64,000 nt of DNA. Origin: Candidatus Latescibacterota bacterium. Its GTDB lineage: Bacteria; Latescibacterota; UBA2968. This document shows, one piece after another, positions 48,227 through 58,493 of the stretch. Location: positions 896,001 to 960,000 of the forward strand of contig OZ242010.1 of NCBI GenBank assembly GCA_965204745.1, in the 5' to 3' direction. The notes under the pieces are model-generated. The model saw only the letters and a program-made list of their open reading frames with translations. It was not told where the DNA came from and did not search any database. Position numbers and translations under genes: made by a program. Position 1 is the stretch's first letter; the number at the start of each line of letters is the position of its first letter.

Positions 48227-49450
48227 ATGACCCCTAGCGAATTGTCGGAACTGCTCAGAAATGGCGAGGACTCAACTCTGGAGTTCAAGCGCGATGATAT
48301 CAAAAATTACGACTTAGCCAAGGAACTCGTGGCCTTTCTCAACCTCGAAGGCGGTACTGTTCTGCTCGGCGTTGAGGACGAAGGACATATTTCTGGCACG
48401 ACCCGCGAGCGTCTCGAGGCGTGGGTCAGCGAAATTTGCCGCGTGAAGATCGAACCCCCAGTCATTCCGCTGTTCTCTTGGGCAAAAAATGCCGAGCCGG
48501 ACCGGCATGTTCTCGCCGTTCGCGTCATGCAGGGATCGGACAAGCCCTACGCACGCATCCACAACCATCGCAGGACCTACTACATTCGCGTCGGCGATAC
48601 GTCGCAAGAGGCCAGCCGAGAAGAACTCGAGCGATTGTTTCAAGCGTCTGGTCGGCTGCATTACGGTTTGAAACCCGTTTCCGGCGCGCGTTTCGACGCG
48701 TTTGACCTGCGCCGATTGCGCGATTACTTCACGCGGGTATCTGGAGGAGAAGCACCGTCGGATGCGGATATCCATGGTTGGGAGGTCTTGCTCGGAAATG
48801 TGGAGTTGATGGCGGTTTCCCAGAATCAATACGTCGCCACTGTGGATGGGCAACTCCTCTTCGGCAATAATCCGAAGCGATTTGTGCCGCAATCGGGCAT
48901 TCGAGCCGTGTGTTACCCGGGTACAGAGCCCGATTATGCAACCCGTGCCGATGAATATCTGCGAGGCCCCATGACCCTATTGGGCACTGCTGACGGGCGC
49001 ATCGCGGAAACCGGCCTCGTCGAGCAGGCGTGGGATTTTGTGCGACGCAACACGACACCCACGGCCCGTCTTGAAGGTGGGCGAAGGATCGACCGATGGG
49101 ACTATCCCGAAGGGGCTTTCCGCGAAGCAATCGTCAACGCACTCGTTCACCGCGATTACACCATCGCGGGCACCGACATCCTCCTCGCCATCTACGCGGA
49201 TCGGCTCGAGATCGAAAGCCCGGGACGCCTGCCCAATACCGTGACGATTGAAGGCATGAAATCGGGCATGCGCTACGCACGCAACCAAACGCTGGTCAAT
49301 ATCATGCGGGATTACGGATACGTCGACGCCCGCGGCATGGGCGTGCGAAACAAGATCATCCCCGGCATGCTGGAACACAACGGGACCGAGCCTGACTTTA
49401 TCGAAAAAGAAAGCCGCTTCATCGTCCGGCTGTGGAAAACGCCAAAGTGA
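48227..49450 (+). CDS. Schlafen/AlbA_2 domain + HATPase_c_4 (RecG-C-like) protein
   Basis: E..LEFK..AFLN..GG.V.LGVED; REAIVNALVHRDY..ESPG..RN..GMG. Confidence 0.85.
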   Translation: MTPSELSELLRNGEDSTLEFKRDDIKNYDLAKELVAFLNLEGGTVLLGVEDEGHISGTTRERLEAWVSEICRVKIEPPVIPLFSWAKNAEPDRHVLAVRVMQGSDKPYARIHNHRRTYYIRVGDTSQEASREELERLFQASGRLHYGLKPVSGARFDAFDLRRLRDYFTRVSGGEAPSDADIHGWEVLLGNVELMAVSQNQYVATVDGQLLFGNNPKRFVPQSGIRAVCYPGTEPDYATRADEYLRGPMTLLGTADGRIAETGLVEQAWDFVRRNTTPTARLEGGRRIDRWDYPEGAFREAIVNALVHRDYTIAGTDILLAIYADRLEIESPGRLPNTVTIEGMKSGMRYARNQTLVNIMRDYGYVDARGMGVRNKIIPGMLEHNGTEPDFIEKESRFIVRLWKTPK

Positions 49451-49463
49451 AATTGCAAAAAAC

Positions 49464-49495
49464 AAAAAAGCCAGATATCGCATCTGGCTTTTTTT
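49464..49495. terminator. Bidirectional intrinsic terminator
   Basis: AAAAAAGCCAGAT/ATCTGGCTTTTTT. Confidence 0.8.
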
Positions 49496-49688
49496 GTGGC
49501 TGACCGCTTGGGGGCGAGGTGGACTGGCAACTGACCACTGGCAACTGACCACTTGGGGTTGCGTGCTCGAACAGGCACAGGGCCTATCCCTACGGGTGTG
49601 GCGGGCCGGAGGTGGGCTGGGCACGCACGGGCGGATGAGTGGCGCGGTTGGGCACGCACGGGCGGATGGGCGGCGCGGTGAGGCACGC

Positions 49689-52394
49689 TTACATCGAAAC
49701 GCCCAAAAGCCCGCGCGTGAATTGAAAATCCGTGTTGCCGATTGCGGGTGTTTTGGGCGCGTATTGGCGGGAGGCGACCGCGAGGATCAAATTCAAAAGG
49801 ACATCGGCATTGCGGTTGGGATCCGCGCTGAGGATCGCGTCAAAGTCATCGCCATAGAAGTGGGCCGCGCGTTCATCGGCGGTTGCTTGTAGCACTGGGA
49901 TGAGCGGATGGCCCTGTTGGGGGTGGTCGCCGGCATACGCCGCGATGAGGTGGACGCCTGTTCCGCCCAATCCGGTGAGGGTTTCGACCCAGTGATCGGT
50001 CTGGCTGTCCATGATATAATACCCGGCGCGATCTGTGGCTTGCCCGTGCGATAGGGTGGGCGCGGGGGGCGTGTTGCCCAACACAGCGGACAGGTAGATC
50101 GGATGGGACAGGAAACGTGCGTTGTCCGGCACGACGAGCGTGGCGCCAGCGCGGATCAGGGTTTGCGACAAGTGGGCGAGGGATTGCGCGGCACTATCGG
50201 AAAGAGAACCCGTAGCGTGCAGGCCGATGCGGAGTGCGGACAGATCGGTCGGCGCGAGTTCCGGGGGTTCGGCCCGTGCGAATTGGCGGGCAAAATAGGC
50301 TTCGACCTCGTCCAAAACCGCGTCTATGCCGCCGTCGAGTTGGACGCTCGCCCATCCGTACGCATCCGCGCTGATCCCCTTGTCGATGAGCGCGTGGCGG
50401 ATATAGTCGTTGTGGGTCTTTTCGCAACCGTGTTCCAAGAGCAAGCCGCTGTGTACCAAGGGGTGGGTGAGATACCCGAGCATGGTGCGCGTGTACAGGC
50501 GTTCGGTGGCTTCGCCGGCTACGCCGCAACCTTCGGTATGCGCGAGGGCCACAAAGCGCGAGATGCCCTTTTCGCGGCCCAAGCCCTTTGCGGTGAGGCG
50601 TTTGGCGGCCATCAGCGCGATTTGCCCGGAACACAAGCTAGTCGGCAAAATCAAACCCAAGCGGTCCGTGGTCACGCCGTCGGGGGTGCGGATGGCGTCA
50701 AAGGTGCGTTGTGCTGCATCTCTTTGCCCGTGGTCGTCTTGAACGACGAGGGGCACGCCCAGGGGTTCGGGACGATTTTGCAGGTCGGGCAGGTGATCTG
50801 TGGAGGTCTGCCGCCAGGCGCGCCAAATAGAAACTTGCGCGTGGGCGGCCCGTTCGCCTTTGCTGCGTTGTCCAGACGCGATTTTGCAGGTCAGGTCAAA
50901 CATGTCGCGGCCCAGGTCGTCCATAGACGCGCCATCCAAATACGCGCCCGCGTTGACATCCATATCCTTGCTGAGCAGGCCATAGCGTTCAGAGGTGGTC
51001 ACGATTTTGAGGGTGGGCACAAAGGGGAAATTTGTGATCGAGCCGTTGCCCGTGACAAAGAAGATCAGATTGCATCCCGAAGCCACTTGCCCGGCGATGC
51101 TCTCGAGGTCATTGCCCGGGCTGTCCATAAAATAGTAGCCCGGCTGCGTCATGGGCGCGGCGTAGTCGATCACCGCGTCGAGGCGCACATCCGGGTGGCG
51201 TTTCATGGCCGCGCCGATGGATTTGAGGACGATGTTGTACAGGCCGCGAAATTTGTTGCCCCCGGACGGGTTGCCTTCTGCGGTTGTGCCGTGCCACGCG
51301 GCCAGAGTCTTGTACGCTTCGACTTTGTCGAGAAAGCGTTGGGCCACGTCGCGAGACGCGACGTTTTGCAGGACATAAGACTCGGCGCCGATGAGTTCGT
51401 CTGTTTCCGCGAGATTAGCCGCGCCGCCATAGCGGATGATTTCCCGCGCAACCCACGACGCCAATGGATTGCCGGAGATGCCCGAAAACGCATCGGAGCC
51501 GCCGCATTGCAACGCGATTTTGATGTGCGACAGGGGTTCGGAGGTGCGGGGCATCGCATCGACTTGCGGCAACCAGTTGGCGATGATGGTTTCGCCCTGT
51601 TGCAGCGCGTTTTCAAAACTGCCTTTGAGTGTGAGGAAGTGGTGCAAGACGTGGTCGATGGGATGGTTTTCTCTTTTGAGAAACGCCTGCAAGTCCCGAT
51701 TGGTGATGGCTTCAAAGCCATAGTCCGCCGCGAGCACGGCGCCGACATTGGGGTGAGCGATGAATCCCGCGAGGGTACGCAAGAGGAGGGCTTTGTTGTT
51801 CGGGCGTTCCGCGCCGCCGCCTTCGGTGTGGGCCACCGCGACAATGCCGTCGATGTTTGGATAGGCGCGTACGCGATCTTTGAATCGCGCCTCGAGTTGT
51901 TTGGCATAACTCGCGGTGCGCGAGGATGTGCCCAAGATGACGATGGTATTGCGCGTGCCCACGCCTCGGTTGCCCGGTCGCCTGTATCCCTGAAACGCGC
52001 CGCCCGAGTCGTAGCGTTCGACTTGCTCGCCCGGCGCAAACGCGTCGAGTTGGTGCGGCACGATGCGGTCTTCAAAATTGGGCACATCGGGAAGGTCAAA
52101 GGCGAGGGCGCGCAAGGCGAGGGCATGGAGGATCTGCGGATTGCAAGCGTAATCCCCAGGAGCTATGGGGCGCGTGGCAACGCCAAACGGCAAGCCCCAC
52201 GAGAGCAGGGGATCGCCCGTTGCAATGGGCTGAACCGCAAAGCGATGGCCTTCGAGGATGGTATGCCCAAGCGCGAACGCGTGCCCCGCATGGACGATCT
52301 GCGTGCCCTTGTCCAGCGTGCGGATCGCAATGCCGACGTTGTCAGCGGGTAGCGGAAGACGGCCGATTTCGGAAAAAGCGTGGGGTTTTGCCAT
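49689..52394 (-). CDS. UxaA/GarD family altronate/galactarate dehydratase with a duplicated C-terminal module (901 aa)
   Basis: SAF-like N-terminus, GY.R..VGTRN, LQCGGSD.FSG, FMDSPGND, HTEG twice. Confidence 0.85.
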   Translation of the reverse strand: MAKPHAFSEIGRLPLPADNVGIAIRTLDKGTQIVHAGHAFALGHTILEGHRFAVQPIATGDPLLSWGLPFGVATRPIAPGDYACNPQILHALALRALAFDLPDVPNFEDRIVPHQLDAFAPGEQVERYDSGGAFQGYRRPGNRGVGTRNTIVILGTSSRTASYAKQLEARFKDRVRAYPNIDGIVAVAHTEGGGAERPNNKALLLRTLAGFIAHPNVGAVLAADYGFEAITNRDLQAFLKRENHPIDHVLHHFLTLKGSFENALQQGETIIANWLPQVDAMPRTSEPLSHIKIALQCGGSDAFSGISGNPLASWVAREIIRYGGAANLAETDELIGAESYVLQNVASRDVAQRFLDKVEAYKTLAAWHGTTAEGNPSGGNKFRGLYNIVLKSIGAAMKRHPDVRLDAVIDYAAPMTQPGYYFMDSPGNDLESIAGQVASGCNLIFFVTGNGSITNFPFVPTLKIVTTSERYGLLSKDMDVNAGAYLDGASMDDLGRDMFDLTCKIASGQRSKGERAAHAQVSIWRAWRQTSTDHLPDLQNRPEPLGVPLVVQDDHGQRDAAQRTFDAIRTPDGVTTDRLGLILPTSLCSGQIALMAAKRLTAKGLGREKGISRFVALAHTEGCGVAGEATERLYTRTMLGYLTHPLVHSGLLLEHGCEKTHNDYIRHALIDKGISADAYGWASVQLDGGIDAVLDEVEAYFARQFARAEPPELAPTDLSALRIGLHATGSLSDSAAQSLAHLSQTLIRAGATLVVPDNARFLSHPIYLSAVLGNTPPAPTLSHGQATDRAGYYIMDSQTDHWVETLTGLGGTGVHLIAAYAGDHPQQGHPLIPVLQATADERAAHFYGDDFDAILSADPNRNADVLLNLILAVASRQYAPKTPAIGNTDFQFTRGLLGVSM

Positions 52395-52503
52395 GTGCTG
52401 TATTCCTTTGGAAAGGGTGGCGTGACAGAGAGAAATAAGAGAAAGAATGGGGGATGTCAAGGAAGATGAGAGGCAGTAAAAAGGGGAGACGGGAGACGGG
52501 ATT

Positions 52504-52670
52504 TTAGCCACGAGCGGGGTACAACTGGCGACAGCCAGTTCAAAGGCACAAAAGGCACAAAAGGGGTACAACTAGGCGATAGCCCGTAGTGTGTAGGGGC
52601 GATGTCCCCGTGCTCACCCAAAGATACAAGACGCAAGAAGGTTGTCGCCCAAGCGGTCAGTGGTCAGTGG
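52504..52670 (+). repeat. Composite REP-like element copy + short heptamer array
   Basis: Same modules as 13031-13147. Confidence 0.8.
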
Positions 52671-52700
52671 ATTGAACAGATGACGATGTAAATTTGTGTG

Positions 52701-52729
52701 TTGACAAGGGTACCTTGTTTTTTTATCAT
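52701..52729 (+). promoter_or_regulatory. sigma70-like promoter for the HU gene
   Basis: TTGACA-17 nt-TATCAT. Confidence 0.7.
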
Positions 52730-52789
52730 TCACGCACGAAAAATAAAACGGGTAGAAGGATGTCTGTAAAACCAAAGAAAGGGGATGCG

Positions 52790-53086
52790 GTGACCAAAGC
52801 GGATATTGTCAATCAGATTGCCGAAGCAACGGGATTGACCAAAACAGATACTTCATTGGTCGTAGAGGGCATGCTCGCGTCGCTCAGTGAGGCGATGCAA
52901 CAGGGTGAACACATTGAGATTCGCGGTTTTGGCACGTTCAAGGTGGTTCGCCGCGCACCGCGCACGGGTCGCAACCCCAAAACAGGCAAAGTCGTAAAAA
53001 TTCCCGCACGCCCAGTGCCCGTGTTCAAGCCCTCACGCGAACTGCGTCATTCTGTTGCGGAGGCTTCTGTTCTTCCATCTAGCTAA
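52790..53086 (+). CDS. HU/IHF family DNA-binding protein
   Basis: TKADIV, IRGFGTF, GRNPKTG, PVFKP; GTG start. Confidence 0.93.
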   Translation: MTKADIVNQIAEATGLTKTDTSLVVEGMLASLSEAMQQGEHIEIRGFGTFKVVRRAPRTGRNPKTGKVVKIPARPVPVFKPSRELRHSVAEASVLPSS

Positions 53087-53107
53087 TGCACCCACAGGAG
53101 GTGGCTC

Positions 53108-53200
53108 TTGCCCAGCGGAAAAAAGCGCAAACGCGCAAAAATCGCAACGCATAAGCGAAAAAAAAGACGCCGACGAGACCGACACAAAAAGAAGGTTTAA
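53108..53200 (+). CDS. 30-aa basic protein, ribosomal bS22/AURKAIP1-COX24-like (MPSGKKRKRAKIATHKRKKRRRRDRHKKKV)
   Basis: AGGAGG RBS + TTG; resembles Bacteroidetes-type bS22; below the ORF cutoff. Confidence 0.8.
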   Translation: MPSGKKRKRAKIATHKRKKRRRRDRHKKKV

Positions 53201-53347
53201 GGGTAGTAAGGCGGTCAGCGATTCGCGCACGGCACGCCAAGGGCCCCTGACCTTGTACATTACCGGTCTTGTCAGCCCCAAAGGCTGCGATACTCTTCGG
53301 TAAAACTTGAAGGCAGGGGCCCATTTCCCAGTTGGATGTGGCTACTC
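53201..53347 (+). ncRNA. Candidate structured RNA (long irregular hairpin, 6S-like shape)
   Basis: Nested stems GGGTAGT/GCTACTC, GGGCCCCTG/CAGGGGCCC, TTACCG/CGGTAA, CAGCC/GGCTG. Confidence 0.35.
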
Positions 53348-53348
53348 T

Positions 53349-53425
53349 GGGGCATTAGCTCAGTTGGATAGAGCACTGGTCTCCGGAACCAGAGGTCACA
53401 GGTTCGAATCCTGTATGTCCCACCA
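53349..53425 (+). tRNA. tRNA-Arg(CCG)
   Basis: GGGGCAT/ATGTCCC acceptor, CTGGT-CTCCGGA-ACCAG, GTTCGAAT, encoded CCA. Confidence 0.95.
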
Positions 53426-53430
53426 TAAGC

Positions 53431-53469
53431 AATGGGGCGAGAGTGATGAATAACTCTCGCCCCATTTTT
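53431..53469 (+). terminator. Terminator after the tRNA
   Basis: AATGGGGCGAGAGT/ACTCTCGCCCCATT + T-run. Confidence 0.75.
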
Positions 53470-53499
53470 GTATTCGTCGTTATCCGCGTTCATCCCCGC

Positions 53500-54555
<1,056 letters not shown>

Positions 54556-54653
54556 CTACTGACCGCTTGGAACGTTCGGGCGAGCACGGGACATCGCCCA
54601 AAAAGGTGAGAGGTGAGAGGCAAGACGTGAGAAAGCCACCCCTCTTGTATCTT

Positions 54654-54704
54654 GGAAGAAAGGGTTAATTAGGTGTTGCGCCCTCGCATCGAGACAAGCC
54701 ATCT
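54654..54704 (+). mobile_element. IS110 left-end remnant (~50 bp)
   Basis: CCCCTCTTGTATCTT|GGAAGAAAGGGTTAATTAGG..GCCATCT matches 60878-60943; lies between 35-bp direct repeats at 54556 and 54747. Confidence 0.8.
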
Positions 54705-54718
54705 CACGTCTCGGTTTT

Positions 54719-54885
54719 GGGCGGCTGGGCGGGGACTGACTACTGACTACTGACCGCTTGGAACGTTCGGGCGAGCACGGGGGCATCGCCCCTCTCTTGA
54801 ACTGGCTATCGCCAGTTGTACCCCTTTTGTGCCTTTGAACTGGCTGTCGCCAGTTGTACCCCGCTCGTGCCTTTTGTGGCTAAAA
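54719..54885. repeat. Heptamer mini-array + inverted composite REP-like element
   Basis: GGGCGGGG-ACTGACTx2-ACTGACC; reverse copy of the 13031 modules. Confidence 0.8.
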
Positions 54886-54899
54886 TCTCATCTCCCCTC

Positions 54900-55538
54900 T
54901 CACCGCCGGGCGGCTGGGCGGGGACTGACCGCTGAATCCTGCGCGGCATCGATCAGTTCGTTGATTTTGTCGCGGGCGTCGCGGGCTTCTTTGTTTAGCT
55001 TTTGGATCAGCGGCGGCACTTGTGAGGCGGTCTGAATGCCCAGTTTTTCGAGCGTGGTTTTTACGTTGGGAAACATGGCTTGCACCCCATCGGCAATGAC
55101 GCGGGCGGCTTTTTGCAGGGGCGGCCCCAAGGCGGAGTCGTCAATGAGTTCGGGCACGCGGCTGTGGATGGGGTTTGCGCGCAAAAACAGGGTGAGCAGG
55201 CCGATGATCAAGACGCCTTGCGCCAGGCCCAAAATGCCGCCGCCAACCGCATCTATCAGGCCCAAGGGCGATGCGTGCAGGACCCTGTGGATGGCCTGAC
55301 CAATCAGGTAGCAGGCGATCAAGACAGCCAGCCCCACCGCAAAAAACCCGATCAGCATGGTGCCCTCGCTGGTCGAATCGAACAGGGCACGCGCCAAAGA
55401 TTCGCCATAAGCGAGGGCACATCCGTAGGCCAAGACCACGCTGATCAGCCAGATCAGGCTTTGCACCAGCCCGATTTGCCACCCTTTCCAAGCGAGGTAA
55501 AAGAGGCCGAGTGCGAGAATGGGATCGATGATGTTCAT
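54900..55538 (-). CDS. CvpA family membrane protein
   Basis: MNIID, G..GL, D..GGGILG, four TM helices. Confidence 0.85.
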   Translation of the reverse strand: MNIIDPILALGLFYLAWKGWQIGLVQSLIWLISVVLAYGCALAYGESLARALFDSTSEGTMLIGFFAVGLAVLIACYLIGQAIHRVLHASPLGLIDAVGGGILGLAQGVLIIGLLTLFLRANPIHSRVPELIDDSALGPPLQKAARVIADGVQAMFPNVKTTLEKLGIQTASQVPPLIQKLNKEARDARDKINELIDAAQDSAVSPRPAARR

Positions 55539-55546
55539 GGCAAAAA

Positions 55547-55581
55547 TAAAAAAGCGACAGCCACCCGTAGGTGACTATCGC
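55547..55581 (-). terminator. Terminator downstream of rpsU
   Basis: Minus strand GCGATAGTCACC/GGTGGCTGTCGC + T-run. Confidence 0.65.
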
Positions 55582-55688
55582 GTGACCTAAAAATTGCGAA
55601 AGACTTAGAGAATACCCCCTACTCGCCTCAGTTGGGAGAGACAGGCTCCCTTGTAGAGGGGTGAGGAAGCGGATCTTAAAGCACTCTC

Positions 55689-55886
55689 TTAGCGGGTGTA
55701 TTGTTGGTCCATCTTGATCCGCTTGCGTCTTGCAGCGGCAATTTTGCGTTTCCGACGTTCACTTGGTTTTTCAAAGTGCTGGTTTTTCTTCATGTCGGAA
55801 ATAACACCGGCTTTTTCGCAGGCTTTTTTGAACCGCTTGAGTGCTCTTTCAAACGGCTCGTCATCGCGTACGAGGACACCAGGCAT
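55689..55886 (-). CDS. rpsU: 30S ribosomal protein bS21
   Basis: E.FERALKRFKK..EKAG..FEKPS..RKRK..AARRK. Confidence 0.95.
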   Translation of the reverse strand: MPGVLVRDDEPFERALKRFKKACEKAGVISDMKKNQHFEKPSERRKRKIAAARRKRIKMDQQYTR

Positions 55887-56091
55887 GCCTGGATCACCCC
55901 TTTCTTGAATGAGTGTTGTGAACGACCAAAGCGAAGTTCAATATATAAAAACCCCCGCACTTTCGCAACCCGTTTTTAGGCGCGAAACGTGCGAGGGGAG
56001 TTTGGTCACAAGCGGGATAACTGGCGATAGCCCGTTCAATGGAGAGCAGTGTGTAGGGGCTGACGCCTCCACGCTCGCCCGAAGATAAATG

Positions 56092-56242
56092 CAGTAGTCA
56101 GTAGTCAGTGGTCAGTGGTCAGTGGTCAGTGGTCAGTGGTCAGTGGTCAGTGGTCAGTGGTCAGTGGTCAGTGGTCAGTGGTCAGTGGTCAGTGGTCAGT
56201 GGTCAGTGGTCAGTGGTCAGTGGTCAGTGGTCAGTGGTCAGT
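56092..56242 (-). repeat. Heptamer array, about 21 units, mostly ACTGACC
   Basis: (CAGTGGT)n on +; flank CCCCGCCCATCGCCGCCCAA. Confidence 0.95.
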
Positions 56243-56354
56243 CCCCGCCCATCGCCGCCCAAAGGCGGTTCGCAGATCAGGCAGAGGGCGCAGATGTAGG
56301 GGCGATGCCCCCGCGCTCGCCCAACCCGTTCAACCGCTTGGTATGACCACTGCC

Positions 56355-57119
56355 TTAAGCAAATTGCAACACGGTGCGATGCGCTCCGACGTGACCGATG
56401 TTGTCGTCGATTTCCCGGCGGTTCATCATGCCGATGGTGATGGCGTCGATGGCCGGGATGTCGAGGACGTAGTGGATGGCGTCGCGCGCGGGCAGGTCGC
56501 CGCGGCCCACCACTTTCATGCCGTAAACCCCGATGTCGTTGGCGTCCATTTCTTCGAGAATGGGGATGACCCGTTCGGGCGGGCCGTCCATGTTTTTGCC
56601 AGCGTAGTTGATGCGCGCCAAAACGACGTCGACCCAAGGGGTAAAGGCGGCTTGCTGGAACGCGTCGATATCGTGGCAGGAAACCCCGTGGGCGCGGATG
56701 ACGCCGCGTTGCTTTTTCTCGGCGAGCACGTCCATGACCCCGCGATACGAGAAGGGCCATTCCTCGTCGGTCAGGCAATGCATGAGAACGATGTCGATGT
56801 AATCGGTGTTCAGTTCGCGCAAGATGCGATCCATATCGCGCTCGGCCTCGCGGGCCGTGGTGGCGCGAATTTTGGAGGTGATGACCACGTCCTCGCGGTC
56901 GATGTGATCGAGCGCGGCCGCGAGGTGGCGATGGCTACCGTATTGATCCGCGCTGTCCCAAAACGCGATGCCCCGCTCAAAGCCGTAGATGAGCAGGTCG
57001 GTCAACGCACGCTGTCCCAAGTCCGTCTGGTTGGAACGCCCGCCCCAACCATTGGTGCCCGTGCCAAAACAGAGTTGCGAGACCGCGATGCCGGTGGTGC
57101 CGAGTTCGACGATTTTCAT
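56355..57119 (-). CDS. Aldo/keto reductase family protein
   Basis: LG.TG..VS.L.FG, DSADQYG, ITSK, DYIDIVLMH, GVSCH. Confidence 0.9.
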   Translation of the reverse strand: MKIVELGTTGIAVSQLCFGTGTNGWGGRSNQTDLGQRALTDLLIYGFERGIAFWDSADQYGSHRHLAAALDHIDREDVVITSKIRATTAREAERDMDRILRELNTDYIDIVLMHCLTDEEWPFSYRGVMDVLAEKKQRGVIRAHGVSCHDIDAFQQAAFTPWVDVVLARINYAGKNMDGPPERVIPILEEMDANDIGVYGMKVVGRGDLPARDAIHYVLDIPAIDAITIGMMNRREIDDNIGHVGAHRTVLQFA

Positions 57120-57185
57120 GGTGAGCTCCTCGTGAAAATGAAAGACGACCCCTCCCCCGGCCCCTCCCCGAGACGGGGAGTCCTT

Positions 57186-57250
57186 ATACCCATTTGATTT
57201 TAGGTTGTCCGTATCCTGGTCCCATCAAGGAATGGCGAGGGGGTAGGTCT
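57186..57250 (+). repeat. IS-end-like dispersed repeat, R-type copy
   Basis: ATACCCATTTGATTTTAGGTTGTCCGTATCC..CCCATCAAGGAAT. Confidence 0.7.
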
Positions 57251-57337
57251 CGGGTTAGACTGGTGTTTTGTGTATATTAAAGTCCTGTGCTGCATTCGTC
57301 AATGAATTTGTGTTGGGGAAAAAAGGAGTTTGCCGCG

Positions 57338-58381
57338 ATGAAATTAGGTCTTGTCGGGTTGCCGCAGGTGGGGAAAAAGACGCTGTTTCGGTTGTTGACC
57401 GGGCAGGTTGCAAGCGAGATGGGGCAGGTGAAAGTGCGCGACGCACGGTTTGATAGGCTGGTGGAACTGTATGCCCCACAGCGCGGAGTGCCCGCACAGA
57501 TGGATTTTGTGTTGTTGCCGGATTTGGATGTTCAGGCGGATCGCAATATCCCGGTTTTTCGCGGTCTGGAGCGGGTGGATGTGATTTGCTTGCTCGCGCG
57601 GGCGTTTGAAGACGATACGGTTTTTCACGTTGCGGGCCGCGTGGATGCCAAGCGCGATGTGCAGGCGTTTTGGGACGAGTTGTTGCTCGCCGATCTGATT
57701 TTTGTGGAGAAGCGGTTGGCGCGGTTGGCAAAAGAGCAGCGAACAAGAGATCGGCAACGCGCAGCGCGAGAGGCGGATTTGATGACGCGGATGCAGGCGC
57801 ATTTGGAAGCGGGCAACCCCCTCCGAGAATTCGCGCTCACCGCAGAGGAGGTGAAGTTGACCGCGAGTTATCCCTTTTTGACGGCCAAGGCCGTGATCGT
57901 GGTGCTGAACACAAGCGAAGATCAAATCGGCGATGCGCGTCTCGTGGCGGAACTCGCGGCTGATTTTGCCACCTGTGGGTTTGAATGGATTTCGATTTCC
58001 GCGCAAATCGAGGTGGAAATTTCCCTGCTCGACGCAGAGGGTCGCGCGGCGTTTCTCGCCGATTTGGGCATCGATCAACCCGCGCTGGATCGGTTGACTC
58101 TGCTGTGTTATGAGACGCTGGGGTTGATTTCGTTTTTCACCGTGGGCGAGGACGAGGTGCGCGCTTGGACGATTCGCAAGGGGACATTGGCCCAGCGAGC
58201 AGGCGGCGCGATTCACGGGGATATCGAGCGGGGGTTCATTCGCGCAGAGGTGACGCGCTACGAGGATTTGATCGCACTGGGCGATGAGCAAAAAGTGAAA
58301 GCCGCAGGCAAACTGATGGTTAAGGGAAAAGACGCAGAGGTGCTAGATGGCGATGTGATTCACTTTTTGTTTAAGGTGTGA
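57338..58381 (+). CDS. ychF: YchF family ATPase, divergent
   Basis: LTAK, LGLISFFTVG.DEVRAW, AG.IH.D.ERGFIRAE, GKD..V.DGD. The P-loop is altered (GLPQVGKKT). Confidence 0.8.
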   Translation: MKLGLVGLPQVGKKTLFRLLTGQVASEMGQVKVRDARFDRLVELYAPQRGVPAQMDFVLLPDLDVQADRNIPVFRGLERVDVICLLARAFEDDTVFHVAGRVDAKRDVQAFWDELLLADLIFVEKRLARLAKEQRTRDRQRAAREADLMTRMQAHLEAGNPLREFALTAEEVKLTASYPFLTAKAVIVVLNTSEDQIGDARLVAELAADFATCGFEWISISAQIEVEISLLDAEGRAAFLADLGIDQPALDRLTLLCYETLGLISFFTVGEDEVRAWTIRKGTLAQRAGGAIHGDIERGFIRAEVTRYEDLIALGDEQKVKAAGKLMVKGKDAEVLDGDVIHFLFKV

Positions 58382-58493
58382 TGTGGCTCGAGTGGCATTT
58401 TGGGGCAAGCGTTCCCCGCTTGACTTTTCTCGAAATGGATCTTTATTATCGCTGTGCGTAATAGAGGGTTGACACAGAACGACGAGGGCAATC

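Noticed and set aside
50103-52352. Long antisense ORF (749 aa); likewise 22647-24038, 6600-7889, 59661-60941
   Set aside because: Shadow frames of confident genes in GC-rich DNA, with no motifs.
35782-53425. tRNA-anchored prophage or integrative island
   Set aside because: No integrase, no duplicated tRNA 3' end, and the intervening genes are mostly housekeeping.
56108-57197. ORFs with VVSGQWS repeats (also SVVSCQL at 43055-43367)
   Set aside because: Artefacts of the stop-free strand of the heptamer arrays; one overlaps the real minus-strand reductase.
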